Below are positions 9,258 to 21,451 of a DNA stretch of 64,000 nt, piece after piece. The stretch is from positions 5,028 to 69,027 of the forward strand of contig CALXZG010000004.1 in assembly GCA_944393195.1 (NCBI GenBank), written 5' to 3'. The position numbers and the translations under genes are program-made. Position 1 is the stretch's first letter. Each line of letters opens with the position of its first letter. Source of the stretch: an uncultured Alphaproteobacteria bacterium (lineage in GTDB: Bacteria > Pseudomonadota > Alphaproteobacteria > CAAHEQ01 > UBA3637). The notes under the pieces were generated by a model. The model made no database searches and had not been told where the DNA came from. It saw only the letters and a list, made by a program, of their open reading frames with translations.

Positions 9258-10276
9258 CAGGATTGGCAAAACGGCGGTGGCAACAATTTCGGGCAAATCG
9301 ACTGGCGTATCGTTCATTGCTTGTTTTTATCGGCATGCTATTGGTTTCTGTATTGGCGCCGATCTTGGCGAATGATAAGCCGTTAATTGTTCGGTATCAG
9401 GATACTGTTTATTTTCCGGTTGTTGAGGTTGTTTGGGATAATCAATTGGGCGGTTCTTTACCAACGGAAGCGGATTATCATGATCCGGATACGCGGCGAC
9501 AAATACGGCAAAACGGATGGATGATTATGCCGCCGATACCGTGGTCATACGATACGATTGATTTTGAAGCGACGGGTGTTTTTCCGGGAGCTCCTGACCG
9601 GCGGCATTGGTTGGGGACGGATGATCAGGGACGGGATATTCTGGCACGATTATTGTACGGGTTACGGTTAAGTTTGGTGTTCGGCCTGATTTTAACGGTT
9701 TGTTCGGCCGGTATCGGTATTTTTGTCGGGGCCGTTCAGGGGTATTTCGGCGGTAAAACGGATTTGTTTTTAGGTCGGTTGTTGGAAATGTGGGGATCGT
9801 TGCCGCAGTTGTTTATTTTAATTATTGTATCCAGTTTAATTGTCCCGGGATTTGGAACGTTATTGGGCGTTTTGTTGTTTTTCAGTTGGACAACATTGGT
9901 TCCAGTTGTGCGGGCGGAGTTTTTAAGAACGCGTCATTTGGAGTATGTTCAGGCGGCGCGGGTATTGGGGGTATCCGATCGCGTCATTATGTTTCGACAT
10001 ATTTTACCGAATGCATTGGTGGCGACAATTGCCTATTTGCCGTTTATGATGTCGGGGGCGGTTGTGGCTTTGTCCGCTTTGGATTTTTTAGGATTGGGTT
10101 TGCCGCCGGGCACACCGAGCCTGGGGGATATGATTCGGCAGGGCAAGGAAAATTTACAGGCACCGTGGATCGGTGTGACGATTTTTGTCACGTTGACGGC
10201 GGTTTTATCGGCTTTGTTGTTTATCGGGGAAGGGGTACGGGATGCGTTTGATCCGCATCGGGAGGTGCGCTCATGA
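9254..10276 (+). CDS. yejE: ABC transporter permease YejE-like
   Basis: ATGA overlap with yejB. HWLGTDDQGRDILARLLYG motif typical of DppC/YejE-type permeases. Multiple TM segments. Confidence 0.8.
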   Translation: MTGLAKRRWQQFRANRLAYRSLLVFIGMLLVSVLAPILANDKPLIVRYQDTVYFPVVEVVWDNQLGGSLPTEADYHDPDTRRQIRQNGWMIMPPIPWSYDTIDFEATGVFPGAPDRRHWLGTDDQGRDILARLLYGLRLSLVFGLILTVCSAGIGIFVGAVQGYFGGKTDLFLGRLLEMWGSLPQLFILIIVSSLIVPGFGTLLGVLLFFSWTTLVPVVRAEFLRTRHLEYVQAARVLGVSDRVIMFRHILPNALVATIAYLPFMMSGAVVALSALDFLGLGLPPGTPSLGDMIRQGKENLQAPWIGVTIFVTLTAVLSALLFIGEGVRDAFDPHREVRS

Positions 10277-11775
10277 ATTTATTAGCATTACAAAAGGTGT
10301 CCGTCCGATTGTCCCGGTTTCGACCGGTGCGGGGTATTTCCGTTGCCGTTAAAAAAGGGGAGTTTGTCGGCTTGGTCGGTGCCAGCGGATCGGGTAAGTC
10401 GACAGCGGCTATGGCGATTTTACGATTACAGGATCAAGCGCGATACAGCGGTCGGATTTTATTTCGGGGACGGGATTTGTTGGCTTTGTCGGAAAAGGAA
10501 ATGCAACGTATTCGCGGGCGGCGGATTGCCATGATTTTTCAAGAACCGATGACAAGTTTAAATCCTTTGCATACCGTCGGGCGGCAGATCGGAGAAGTTT
10601 TGCGGTTGCATATCGGAAAAGTGTCGCGCCAACGGATTATGCAATTGTTACAATTGGTCGAATTATCCGATGGTGATCGGATATATCGGTCGTATCCGCA
10701 TGAACTATCGGGCGGACAGCGGCAACGGGTTATGATTGCAATGGCTTTGGCCGGTAAGCCGGATTTGTTAATCGCGGATGAACCGACAACGGCCTTGGAT
10801 GTGACGGTACAGGCTCAGATTTTGAGGTTGTTAAAAAAGTTACAAAAGAAAATGGGGTTGAGTATTTTATTCATTACGCACGATTTATCCATTATTCGCC
10901 GGTTGGCCGATCGGGTATATGTGATGAAGTACGGTAAAATTGCGGCAACGCGCATTCCGCCACCGCCTCCGATTCAACGACGACAAACCTCTGCGGGTGG
11001 AGCGACGGTGTTATCCGTTCGTGAATTGACGGTTCAATATGGGCAAATGACGGCGGCACGGGCGGTTTCTTTTGCGTTAAAAGCCGGTCGGACAACGGCG
11101 ATTGTCGGAGAAAGCGGTTCCGGAAAATCAACCGTGGCCCGCGCGTTGGTTCGGTTGGTACCGGCGATGGGAGAGGTGATATTAAACGGTCGGGATTTTT
11201 GGGCTTTGCGGGGGCGGGAGCTTGTTTCCGCCAGAGCCGGTATGCAAATGGTGTTTCAAGATGCCGGAGCTTCGTTAAATCCGCGTTTATCCGTTGGTCA
11301 GTTGATTGCCGAAGGGTGGTCTTTATTACATCGCGGTTCGGCCGAAAGAGCGGTGGCAGAGGCTTTGCAGGCCGTTGGTCTTGATCCGGAAATAATGGGA
11401 CGCTATCCGCATGAATTATCGGGCGGACAACGGACGCGAGTTGCTTTGGCACGGGCTTTAATCATGCGGCCGTCGGTGTTGATTTTGGATGAAGTGACTT
11501 CGTCATTGGATATTCGGACGCAACAGCAGATAATGGATTTATTGAATCGGTTGCAGGCGGAGTTGGGGTTGGCGTATCTTTTTATTTCACATGATATGCG
11601 GGCGGTACGCGCCATGGCCGATGATGTTTTGGTCATGCGGCGGGGCGATGTTGTGGAAGCCGGTTCGGCCGATCAGGTGTTTCAATGTCCGCGTCATACG
11701 TATACACGTCAATTGTTGGCGGACAGTTTTTGGGATGACGGGGCGGAGACGTCTTCCTATAATTCACGACCGTGA
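10273..11775 (+). CDS. yejF: ABC transporter ATP-binding protein with duplicated ATPase domains (YejF-like)
   Basis: Two Walker A motifs (GASGSGKST, GESGSGKST), two LSGGQR signatures and two Walker B motifs. Overlaps the yejE stop. Confidence 0.85.
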   Translation: MNLLALQKVSVRLSRFRPVRGISVAVKKGEFVGLVGASGSGKSTAAMAILRLQDQARYSGRILFRGRDLLALSEKEMQRIRGRRIAMIFQEPMTSLNPLHTVGRQIGEVLRLHIGKVSRQRIMQLLQLVELSDGDRIYRSYPHELSGGQRQRVMIAMALAGKPDLLIADEPTTALDVTVQAQILRLLKKLQKKMGLSILFITHDLSIIRRLADRVYVMKYGKIAATRIPPPPPIQRRQTSAGGATVLSVRELTVQYGQMTAARAVSFALKAGRTTAIVGESGSGKSTVARALVRLVPAMGEVILNGRDFWALRGRELVSARAGMQMVFQDAGASLNPRLSVGQLIAEGWSLLHRGSAERAVAEALQAVGLDPEIMGRYPHELSGGQRTRVALARALIMRPSVLILDEVTSSLDIRTQQQIMDLLNRLQAELGLAYLFISHDMRAVRAMADDVLVMRRGDVVEAGSADQVFQCPRHTYTRQLLADSFWDDGAETSSYNSRP

Positions 11776-12422
11776 CGGCGCAACCAGATTTCGGCATCGG
11801 CCCGTCGGTCGGTCAGGCGGGCCACAACGCGCCAGAAACGGTCGCTATGGTTCATTTCCTGTAAATGGGCGACTTCGTGTGCAATAATATAATCCAATAC
11901 AAACAGCGGGGCGAATCCCAACCGCCAACAAAAATTCAGGTTGCCTTTGGCGGAACAACTGCCCCAACGGGAGGTTGTGTCTTTCAGATGAATATCCCGA
12001 AACGAAACGCCGATTTCAGCGGCTAAATCGCGGGCTTTTGTTGTGATATAGGCACGGGTTTGGCGTTTGACGAAATCCGTTATGCGGCGCGTCAGGAAAT
12101 CGACTTCACCGGAGACAAAAAGGGTATTATCCCGAATGAAAACACCGCGGCGCAAGGTAGGATCGTGTCGAATGGTCAGGTCTTGGCCCAAGATACGGAT
12201 GGTATCGCCGTTTTGCCATCGGGTGGGGGAGGGCAGACGGTTTAATTGATCGGCAATCCATTCCTGATGTTCGTCCAAAAAAGATTGGGCCTGTCGTCGG
12301 GTACAAAACAAAGGAAGAGAGAGAACAACCCTGCCTTTGCGGTCAACACGCAACCGCAGATATCGCGATAAACGATTCCGGCGAACAAGGATGTTTTTTG
12401 CTTGACAGGATAATGGTTTCAT
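11757..12422 (-). CDS. M48/DUF45 family metal-dependent hydrolase (YgjP-like)
   Basis: HEVAHLQEMNHSDRFW zinc-binding motif near the C-terminus. Its 3' end overlaps the yejF 3' end by 19 nt (convergent). Confidence 0.75.
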   Translation of the reverse strand: MKPLSCQAKNILVRRNRLSRYLRLRVDRKGRVVLSLPLFCTRRQAQSFLDEHQEWIADQLNRLPSPTRWQNGDTIRILGQDLTIRHDPTLRRGVFIRDNTLFVSGEVDFLTRRITDFVKRQTRAYITTKARDLAAEIGVSFRDIHLKDTTSRWGSCSAKGNLNFCWRLGFAPLFVLDYIIAHEVAHLQEMNHSDRFWRVVARLTDRRADAEIWLRRHGREL

Positions 12423-12458
12423 CCTTATACTTATACCATAAAGCGAAAGGAGAACGCA

Positions 12459-12767
12459 ATGGAATTTATCGGACGTTTAGTAAAATTGGTTATTCGATTG
12501 GCTATTTATGCCGTGGTGTTTGCTGCGTTTGCGTGGTTATTGTTGGATATCGGACCGGCCGAAACATGGCAGCGGTCGGTTGAAAACCTCGGCAATATCG
12601 GTGCGCGGATCAGCGGTGCCGCCAGTACGACGGTAAAAACGGCCGGAGATATGAAAGATGTGGCCGGGTATCATCTGCGGGAGGCGGCCGATCGGATTGA
12701 GGGGAAAGATCCGTATGAGGATTTTGCCCGTAGTTTGGATGCCCGTATTCAACAGGATCTACAATAA
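12459..12767 (+). CDS. Small membrane-anchored hypothetical protein
   Basis: RBS aaaggagaa upstream. N-terminal TM (LAIYAVVFAAFAWLLLDI). No recognisable family. Confidence 0.4.
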   Translation: MEFIGRLVKLVIRLAIYAVVFAAFAWLLLDIGPAETWQRSVENLGNIGARISGAASTTVKTAGDMKDVAGYHLREAADRIEGKDPYEDFARSLDARIQQDLQ

Positions 12768-12840
12768 TACATTGACTTTCGGCAGTGTTGCGCTTGCCGG
12801 CGGAGAGGCCTATATCTGAAAAAAAAGAAAGGAAAAGGAT

Positions 12841-13359
12841 ATGGGAGAAACTTCGGCCGGCGGGCGTTATTTATATATCATGCGCCATGGTGCCGCAGAA
12901 ACGGACAGCGGTGTTTTGAATGATTTTAATCGACCCTTGTCCCATCGGGGTGTTCAAGAAACCATTCGTTTGATTGAGTTGATGCAACAAAAAAAGTTGC
13001 GGGTACCGGATTGTGTGTTATGTTCGACGGCTTTACGGGCTAGACAAACGGTTGAGCTTGTCCGCCGATTATTTCCCGAGGCGCCGATTTTGTATCGGGA
13101 TGCGTTATATTTGGCCCCTGTTTTTCGGTTATTAAACACGTTAAATGAGCTGGACAGCATTTTTGAAACGGTTATGATTGTCGGTCATCATCCGGGATTA
13201 GAACAGACGATTGCTTATTTGGCAGAACCGCGGGAATCACCCGTTTTAAAACCGTCGGATTGTGTTGTTATGCACCTGCCGTATGCGGGCGGGTGGCATT
13301 CATTATCGCCGGGAACGGGAGAATTGCGCCTTTTTTTAAATCAGGCAGGGTTAAAATAG
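12841..13359 (+). CDS. sixA: Histidine phosphatase superfamily protein (SixA-like phosphohistidine phosphatase)
   Basis: LYIMRHGAAE (RHG motif), CSTALRARQT and VGHHPGL motifs. Size ~170 aa. Confidence 0.7.
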   Translation: MGETSAGGRYLYIMRHGAAETDSGVLNDFNRPLSHRGVQETIRLIELMQQKKLRVPDCVLCSTALRARQTVELVRRLFPEAPILYRDALYLAPVFRLLNTLNELDSIFETVMIVGHHPGLEQTIAYLAEPRESPVLKPSDCVVMHLPYAGGWHSLSPGTGELRLFLNQAGLK

Positions 13360-13391
13360 TCGTTAAAGCCTCTTGAAAGTCCGGCGCGCCT

Positions 13392-15262
13392 GTGGTACAA
13401 AAAAGGCAGAAAGGCGGTCACATGAAACAGGAAACAGGCGTATCGACTAAACGAAAGCGGAAGTTGGATGTGGTGGTGGAAAGTGTTGAGCCTTTGAACG
13501 AGGCGCAACAAGATAAGCTTTATCAGAAATTAAAGCAGGCTTTTCCCTATCATGCCGTTCAGATGAAGTTGGCATTAAATCCGGATTTATTGGGGGGAAT
13601 TTCCGTTAAAATGGGATCCATGTTGTTGGATGGCTCTATTCGGGGACAGTTGCGGCAATTTCAACGTGAAATCGAATCGTATCGGGCTCCGGTATCGAAT
13701 ATACAGGGATTGACCGATCTGTTTACCGAAAAAATTGCTTCTTTTCAAGGGCGACCGGTTTTAACCGAAGTCGGGGAAGTTGTTTCTGTATCGGATGGAG
13801 TGGCCAAGGTGACAGGCCTGCAATCTTTGGCGGCCGGTGAACAGGTTGTGTTTGCTTCGGGGGCAGTGGGAATGGCTTTGAACCTGAACCCGGAGGATGC
13901 GGATGTGGCGGTTTTTGAAAAGGCCGATACGATTCGGGAGGGTGATCATGCGTATCGAACGGGGCGTGCGAACACGGTTCCGGTCGGCGTGTCTTTGGTT
14001 GGGCGTGTTATCAATCCGTTGGGACAGCCGTTGGATGATAAGGCCCCTTTGGATCAATTGGAACAACGTCCCGTCAACGTGCCGGCACCCGGGATTGTTG
14101 ATCGTGAAAGTGTGCGACGGCCGGTTCAGACGGGAATTAAGGCGATTGATGCTCTGGTACCGATCGGATGCGGTCAGCGTGAATTAATCATCGGGGATCG
14201 CCAGACGGGAAAGACAACATTAATTATCGATACGATTATCAGTCAACGTTCCCATAATGAAAAGAGCATCGGTTTAAAAGATAAAATTTTTTGTGTTTAT
14301 GTGGCAATAGGGCAAAAGCAATCGACGGTTCGGGAGGTTATGCGAACGCTGCAAAAATATGGAGCAATGGATTACACGGTTATTGTGTCGGCAACGGCTT
14401 CGGACAGTGCCGTGATGCAATATTTGGCCCCGTATGCGGGATGTGCGGTCGGGGAATATTTTCGGGATAACGGAATGCATGCGATTGTCTTTTATGATGA
14501 TTTAAGTAAGCATGCGGTGGCCTATCGGGAAATGTCTTTGTTATTGAAACGACCGTCGGGACGAGAGGCTTTTCCGGGGGATGTTTTTTATTTACATTCA
14601 CGGTTATTGGAGCGGGCGGCCCAGATGAGTACGGAAAAAGGGGGCGGATCATTGACGGCAATTCCGGTTGTGGAAACGCAGGAGGGGGATGTGTCGGCCT
14701 ATATTCCGACGAATGTTATTTCGATTACAGACGGGCAGATTTTTTTGGAAAGTACGTTATTCCATCAAGGTGTCCGGCCGGCCGTCAATGTCGGGTTGTC
14801 GGTCAGTCGTGTCGGTTCAGCGGCTCAGGCACCGGCCATGAAAAAAGTATCGGCATCGTTAAAGTTGGAGTTGGCGCAATATCGTGAGGTGTTGACGTTT
14901 GCGCAGTTATCATCCGATTTGGATACGGCTACACAGGCGTTATTGGCGCGGGGTGCGCGGTTAACGGAAGTCATGAAGCAAAAGCCGTATCGGCCGTTGA
15001 CAATGGCGCAGGAGGTTGTATCTTTATTTGTCGGAACGCATGGCTTTTTGGATGATATTGAGGTTCCCGAGATTACCGTCTTTCTGCAAGGGCTTTTGGA
15101 TCGGTTACGGTTACAGGGGGCGGATATATTGGCCGATATAGAAAAAAGCGGTGCGTTAACGGATGAAACGGCGAATCGGTTGACGGCTTTTGTTCAAAAA
15201 TACGGTGAATCGTATCGGGCACAGGCGGAAATGGCGGCGGATGATCAGGCGGGACAGGCGGC

Positions 15263-15266
<4 letters not shown>
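13392..15266 (+). CDS. atpA: F1 ATP synthase alpha subunit with an N-terminal fusion of a delta (OSCP) C-terminal segment
   Basis: Residues ~25-95 (LDVVVESVEPLNEAQQ...LNPDLLGGISVKMGSMLLDGSIRGQLRQF) parallel the C-terminal ~70 aa of bacterial delta. From ~aa 100 onward it is canonical alpha (VSVSDGVAKVTGL, Walker A GDRQTGKTT). An alternative ATG start lies at 13422. Confidence 0.85.
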
Positions 15267-18211
<2,945 letters not shown>

Positions 18212-18334
18212 CGGGTTATGGTTGTTCGTCTGATTGATGTAAATGGGTTGGTCGGCGGCGGTATAGTACATCATGGGGCGACGACCGGCAGCAAAGAGGA
18301 CGGGGGTATGCCGTCGATCGTCGGGCGTCAATAA

Positions 18335-18535
18335 TCAGGCGTTGGCGGGTTTCGCATTACCGACATTTAACGCCAGGATATCAATTCCTTTTTTGATGGT
18401 GGATAAGACGGTGTCGTCTTTTTTCGTCGGGGTCAGAGCGCTGAGAGCACTGGCACCGCTGATAATCGATGAAATGGCAATTAAGATATCGTTCCAGGAT
18501 GAGATGATAAAATCCAGCATGGTGTTTCCTTTCAT
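18335..18535 (-). CDS. Small phage membrane protein (holin/lysis accessory candidate)
   Basis: 66 aa with one TM (ILIAISSIISGASALSAL) followed by TPTKKDD, a pattern I associate with small phage membrane proteins. Overlaps the upstream gene stop. Confidence 0.45.
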   Translation of the reverse strand: MKGNTMLDFIISSWNDILIAISSIISGASALSALTPTKKDDTVLSTIKKGIDILALNVGNAKPANA

Positions 18536-18837
18536 TTTAAAATTAAGTTAAAAAAAGCGGCACTGAGAGCCGTTACGGTTGTCAGGGCAATCATCCCCGC
18601 AACGGCTTTAATCGGTGCCAATTCCGACCGCGGCATATATTCTTTGGCCAGACGATCGTGAATGGTTTGACAGGTGCTTTTATGTTGGACACTTCCCATG
18701 AAATTTAATAATTCTTCATGCACGTCGGCAATTTGTTTTTTGCTTTGGGAAATATCCTTTTTAATTTCGGTCAATTGTTTTTGCAGGGTTTCAACCTGTC
18801 CCATCAATTTACCGATTTCCATGACAAGTGTCGGCAT
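18532..18837 (-). CDS. Phage lysis-module protein, coiled-coil with C-terminal TM (holin/spanin-like candidate)
   Basis: 101 aa. N-terminal coiled-coil text and a C-terminal TM (AVAGMIALTTVTALSAAFFNLIL). Sits directly downstream of the endolysin. Confidence 0.4.
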   Translation of the reverse strand: MPTLVMEIGKLMGQVETLQKQLTEIKKDISQSKKQIADVHEELLNFMGSVQHKSTCQTIHDRLAKEYMPRSELAPIKAVAGMIALTTVTALSAAFFNLILK

Positions 18838-18847
18838 GAGTCCTCCT

Positions 18848-19258
18848 TTATAAACAGGTATAAAATAAACGATTCCCGATTTGTGCGCAGGGAATCAAGG
18901 CCGAGGCCCAGCGCGGATTCGTATCCAAAGAATGATAGTGTGTTGCGCCTTTGACCGTATCCGGCAGCAAGCCTTTAACAGCGCGGGTGGCGACGCGGCG
19001 GCAAATGGCAAAAACGGCATCGGAGGACAAATCAGCCGTCATTAATTGTCGGGTCGCTTCGGCCGTTTTCCAACACGAAAACTGAAACGGTTTTCGGCAG
19101 ACTTCCGATATGGTGGTACCCAGCCCGGCGGTTTGTCCGCTTCGGGTATATCGGATACGGTTCATAATGACGGAGGCGACGGCTTCAATACCGGGTAAGC
19201 CTTCATCATGAGCCTCTCCGTACAAGGTGCGGGCTAAAATATTTGTTTCGTAATCCAT
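18848..19258 (-). CDS. Cell wall hydrolase, SleB/Hydrolase_2-type (phage endolysin)
   Basis: ARTLYGEAHDEGLPGIEAVASVIMNR motif characteristic of the SleB-like hydrolase family. Confidence 0.75.
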   Translation of the reverse strand: MDYETNILARTLYGEAHDEGLPGIEAVASVIMNRIRYTRSGQTAGLGTTISEVCRKPFQFSCWKTAEATRQLMTADLSSDAVFAICRRVATRAVKGLLPDTVKGATHYHSLDTNPRWASALIPCAQIGNRLFYTCL

Positions 19259-19259
19259 G

Positions 19260-20672
19260 TTAGAATCTCCATTCCAAATGTTGTTTAACGGGGTGGGTGG
19301 CCATTCGTTTTAAGCGAACGGGTTCGCACAATAAACAGCCGGCTAAGGCATCCAGACCGTCATCATGTGTATTGCCGGCGATGGTAAAATCCGTCATTTC
19401 CTGTAATAACGGTGTTTGTTTCAGGGCGGATCGGATAAACAGGCTGCCGTTCATCAGGGGTGCGTCGAGGGCGGATAGAATCCGGCGAGCTTTGTTTTGG
19501 CGGGCGGTTTCTTCAATGACGGCACAGGCTGTGCGGGTTCGGGCCAGTTCCTGACGCAACAGGGCGGGCAGAAATTTACCGATTCCGTTGGTTTCCAAAT
19601 GAATGGCCGGAACGAAGCAGTCGGTAATCAACTCCCGAACGCGGGCGCATTGCCAGGCTGTTGCTTCCTGTCCCGACGGAACGGTTAGGTAATCCAGTCG
19701 GTGTAGGTAAATATTGCCTTCGTCATCAAAAAAGGTACAGGCAACAACGCTTTTGTCCCCGTCGGGTGATCCGAAAGCCGGATCCCACCAACAAGATACG
19801 CCGCGCATTTGTTTGTCGTTCAGGGTCAGAATGCCTTGTCCGTTGGCCTCCCGATAGGACAGATCGCCGCTGTAATAGCGCAGGCGATTGATATCCAATC
19901 GCGTGTCGCCAAGGGAAACGGGTTCCAGCATCATTTGACTGCGGAATTTATTCGGACCGGAGCGTTGGCGGAGCGCTTGGATACGGTTCAGGTTGAATCG
20001 TTCCGGCCAATTGGATTGCCCGTCGGGTGTCAGCAGCGGAAGGCGCAAGGTTGGCCAGTCGGCTAAAAATCCGTCCGGAGCGGATTGATAAATCGTATCC
20101 GCCGCATGGGGTGTTCCGATATACAGTATCAGGCCGCCCGGTGTCAGAATATAATCCAGTTCGGATAATTTTTGGCGCAGATCCCGCCGTTTTTTGGGGG
20201 TGTCGCATGTTTTGGGAACTTCGACATCATCGCACAGGATAATATCGGCACGGCAGCCGGTCATATTGGCGGTCAAACCGCGCGCCAAAACGGACGGATC
20301 GCGCATACCGCCGGTTCGTCGGACGGTAAAGCGGTCAGAGGCCCATTCTTCGGGCGTGTCCGGTTTCAGGCGTTGTGTCAACGGGTGGCGTTCAATAATT
20401 TGTTTAATGTGGTGAACCATTTTTTTAGCCAGCATGTGGTCGGCCGATAAGATCAAAATCCGAGTATCGGGATGTGTATACAAAAGCCATGCCCCGAACA
20501 AGCCGACCAGTGTGGATTTGCCCGAGTTCCGGAATGCCATCAATAAACCGCGCCGATGATCGGGGTGATCGTGAATGGCCTGTAAAAAACGGGCTATTCG
20601 AATATGATGGCGGGGTAGGGAGAGGCCTTGAATCTGATCCCAAATCCAAATAAATTCAATCAAAGAAAGCAT
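19260..20672 (-). CDS. terL: Phage terminase large subunit
   Basis: Walker A-like FRNSGKSTLV, Walker B ILCDDVE, and a C-terminal RNaseH-like nuclease text (WWDPAFGSPDGDKS, HLETNGIG, DDGLDAL). Confidence 0.8.
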   Translation of the reverse strand: MLSLIEFIWIWDQIQGLSLPRHHIRIARFLQAIHDHPDHRRGLLMAFRNSGKSTLVGLFGAWLLYTHPDTRILILSADHMLAKKMVHHIKQIIERHPLTQRLKPDTPEEWASDRFTVRRTGGMRDPSVLARGLTANMTGCRADIILCDDVEVPKTCDTPKKRRDLRQKLSELDYILTPGGLILYIGTPHAADTIYQSAPDGFLADWPTLRLPLLTPDGQSNWPERFNLNRIQALRQRSGPNKFRSQMMLEPVSLGDTRLDINRLRYYSGDLSYREANGQGILTLNDKQMRGVSCWWDPAFGSPDGDKSVVACTFFDDEGNIYLHRLDYLTVPSGQEATAWQCARVRELITDCFVPAIHLETNGIGKFLPALLRQELARTRTACAVIEETARQNKARRILSALDAPLMNGSLFIRSALKQTPLLQEMTDFTIAGNTHDDGLDALAGCLLCEPVRLKRMATHPVKQHLEWRF

Positions 20673-20964
20673 TGTCGGTCCATTCCTCGGTCGGTAATTG
20701 TTTCAGGGCATCACGGGCTTTGCTCAGCCAATCGATAGCGGTATCGTTTGTTTTATCTTTGGATAAGCGGGGTGTTGTTTGTATCAGCTTGACCAACAAA
20801 GCAATATGCAGTAAGGCCGATTTACAGGCATTATGCCAAGCCGTAAAGCCTTTGGCATCGGTCGGGATGTCGCCCTGTTCAAATGTTTGATAAGAAGACA
20901 GGGCGCGTTGTAAGTCCCGAACCAAATGTTCAGATAAGTCCGGAAAAGTGGGATTATCTGACAT
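20656..20964 (-). CDS. Small phage protein in terminase-small-subunit position
   Basis: 102 aa. Overlaps the terL start by 17 nt. Same position as gp18 in T7-like genomes. No motif recognised. Confidence 0.3.
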   Translation of the reverse strand: MSDNPTFPDLSEHLVRDLQRALSSYQTFEQGDIPTDAKGFTAWHNACKSALLHIALLVKLIQTTPRLSKDKTNDTAIDWLSKARDALKQLPTEEWTDNAFFD

Positions 20965-20973
20965 GGGTATCTC

Positions 20974-21450
20974 CTATTTGATCATGGTTCGGCCGGCTTG
21001 TGTTCCCAAAGAGGTCAATGTATCGAACGCATTGGCGGTTTGTTTGTTGCGTAATTCCTGCATTTTGAGCAGGTTCAGGGTGTTATTTTTGTTAATGCCG
21101 TTCAATAACGATTCCAAAGAAATATTGGCTTGTTCCACCAAATATTTATCTTCGATATCGTGTTCGCGTTGCATATTGTCCAAGACCGCCTGAGCGGAAC
21201 CGGATTGACTGCTCATACCGCCGGCACCAAGCCGTGCTTTATAGGCCGATTGTTGTTGTGCCAACAGGTTACGGTTTTTGCGTTGTTGTTGTTCCAATGC
21301 CAATTTTGTTTGGGCAACGTTCAAATCGTATTCTTTTTGGGCGGCGGCTTTGGCGGCTTTGGCCTGTTTTTTTTGATTGTCGATTGATTTTTTGGTATAA
21401 AAGGCCGAACTGACAAGTGAGACGGCTGCGATGATTGGGGCTGCTTCCAT
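20974..21450 (-). CDS. Phage Q/A/K-rich coiled-coil protein with N-terminal hydrophobic segment (internal virion protein candidate)
   Basis: N-terminal MEAAPIIAAVSLVSSAF then a long Q/K/A-rich helix. Sits after the gp12-like gene, where T7 encodes gp13/gp14. Confidence 0.3.
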   Translation of the reverse strand: MEAAPIIAAVSLVSSAFYTKKSIDNQKKQAKAAKAAAQKEYDLNVAQTKLALEQQQRKNRNLLAQQQSAYKARLGAGGMSSQSGSAQAVLDNMQREHDIEDKYLVEQANISLESLLNGINKNNTLNLLKMQELRNKQTANAFDTLTSLGTQAGRTMIK

Positions 21451-21451
21451 A

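Noticed and set aside
10892-11452. 186 aa minus-strand ORF inside yejF. Similar antisense ORFs exist at 15073..15615, 30407..30925, 1270..1758 and 47131..47531.
   Set aside because: These are shadow ORFs opposite strongly supported genes. They show Pro/Arg-rich composition and have no RBS or recognisable motifs.
11757-11775. 19-nt convergent overlap of the yejF and ygjP-like 3' ends; considered as antisense regulation.
   Set aside because: Short 3' overlaps are common in compact genomes, and no extra structure was seen there.
18212-18334. Searched the cassette borders (18212-18334 and 28343-28549) for att-like direct repeats or a tRNA fragment.
   Set aside because: I could not find a convincing repeat pair by eye. 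A computational repeat search across both flanks is needed before any integration site is claimed.
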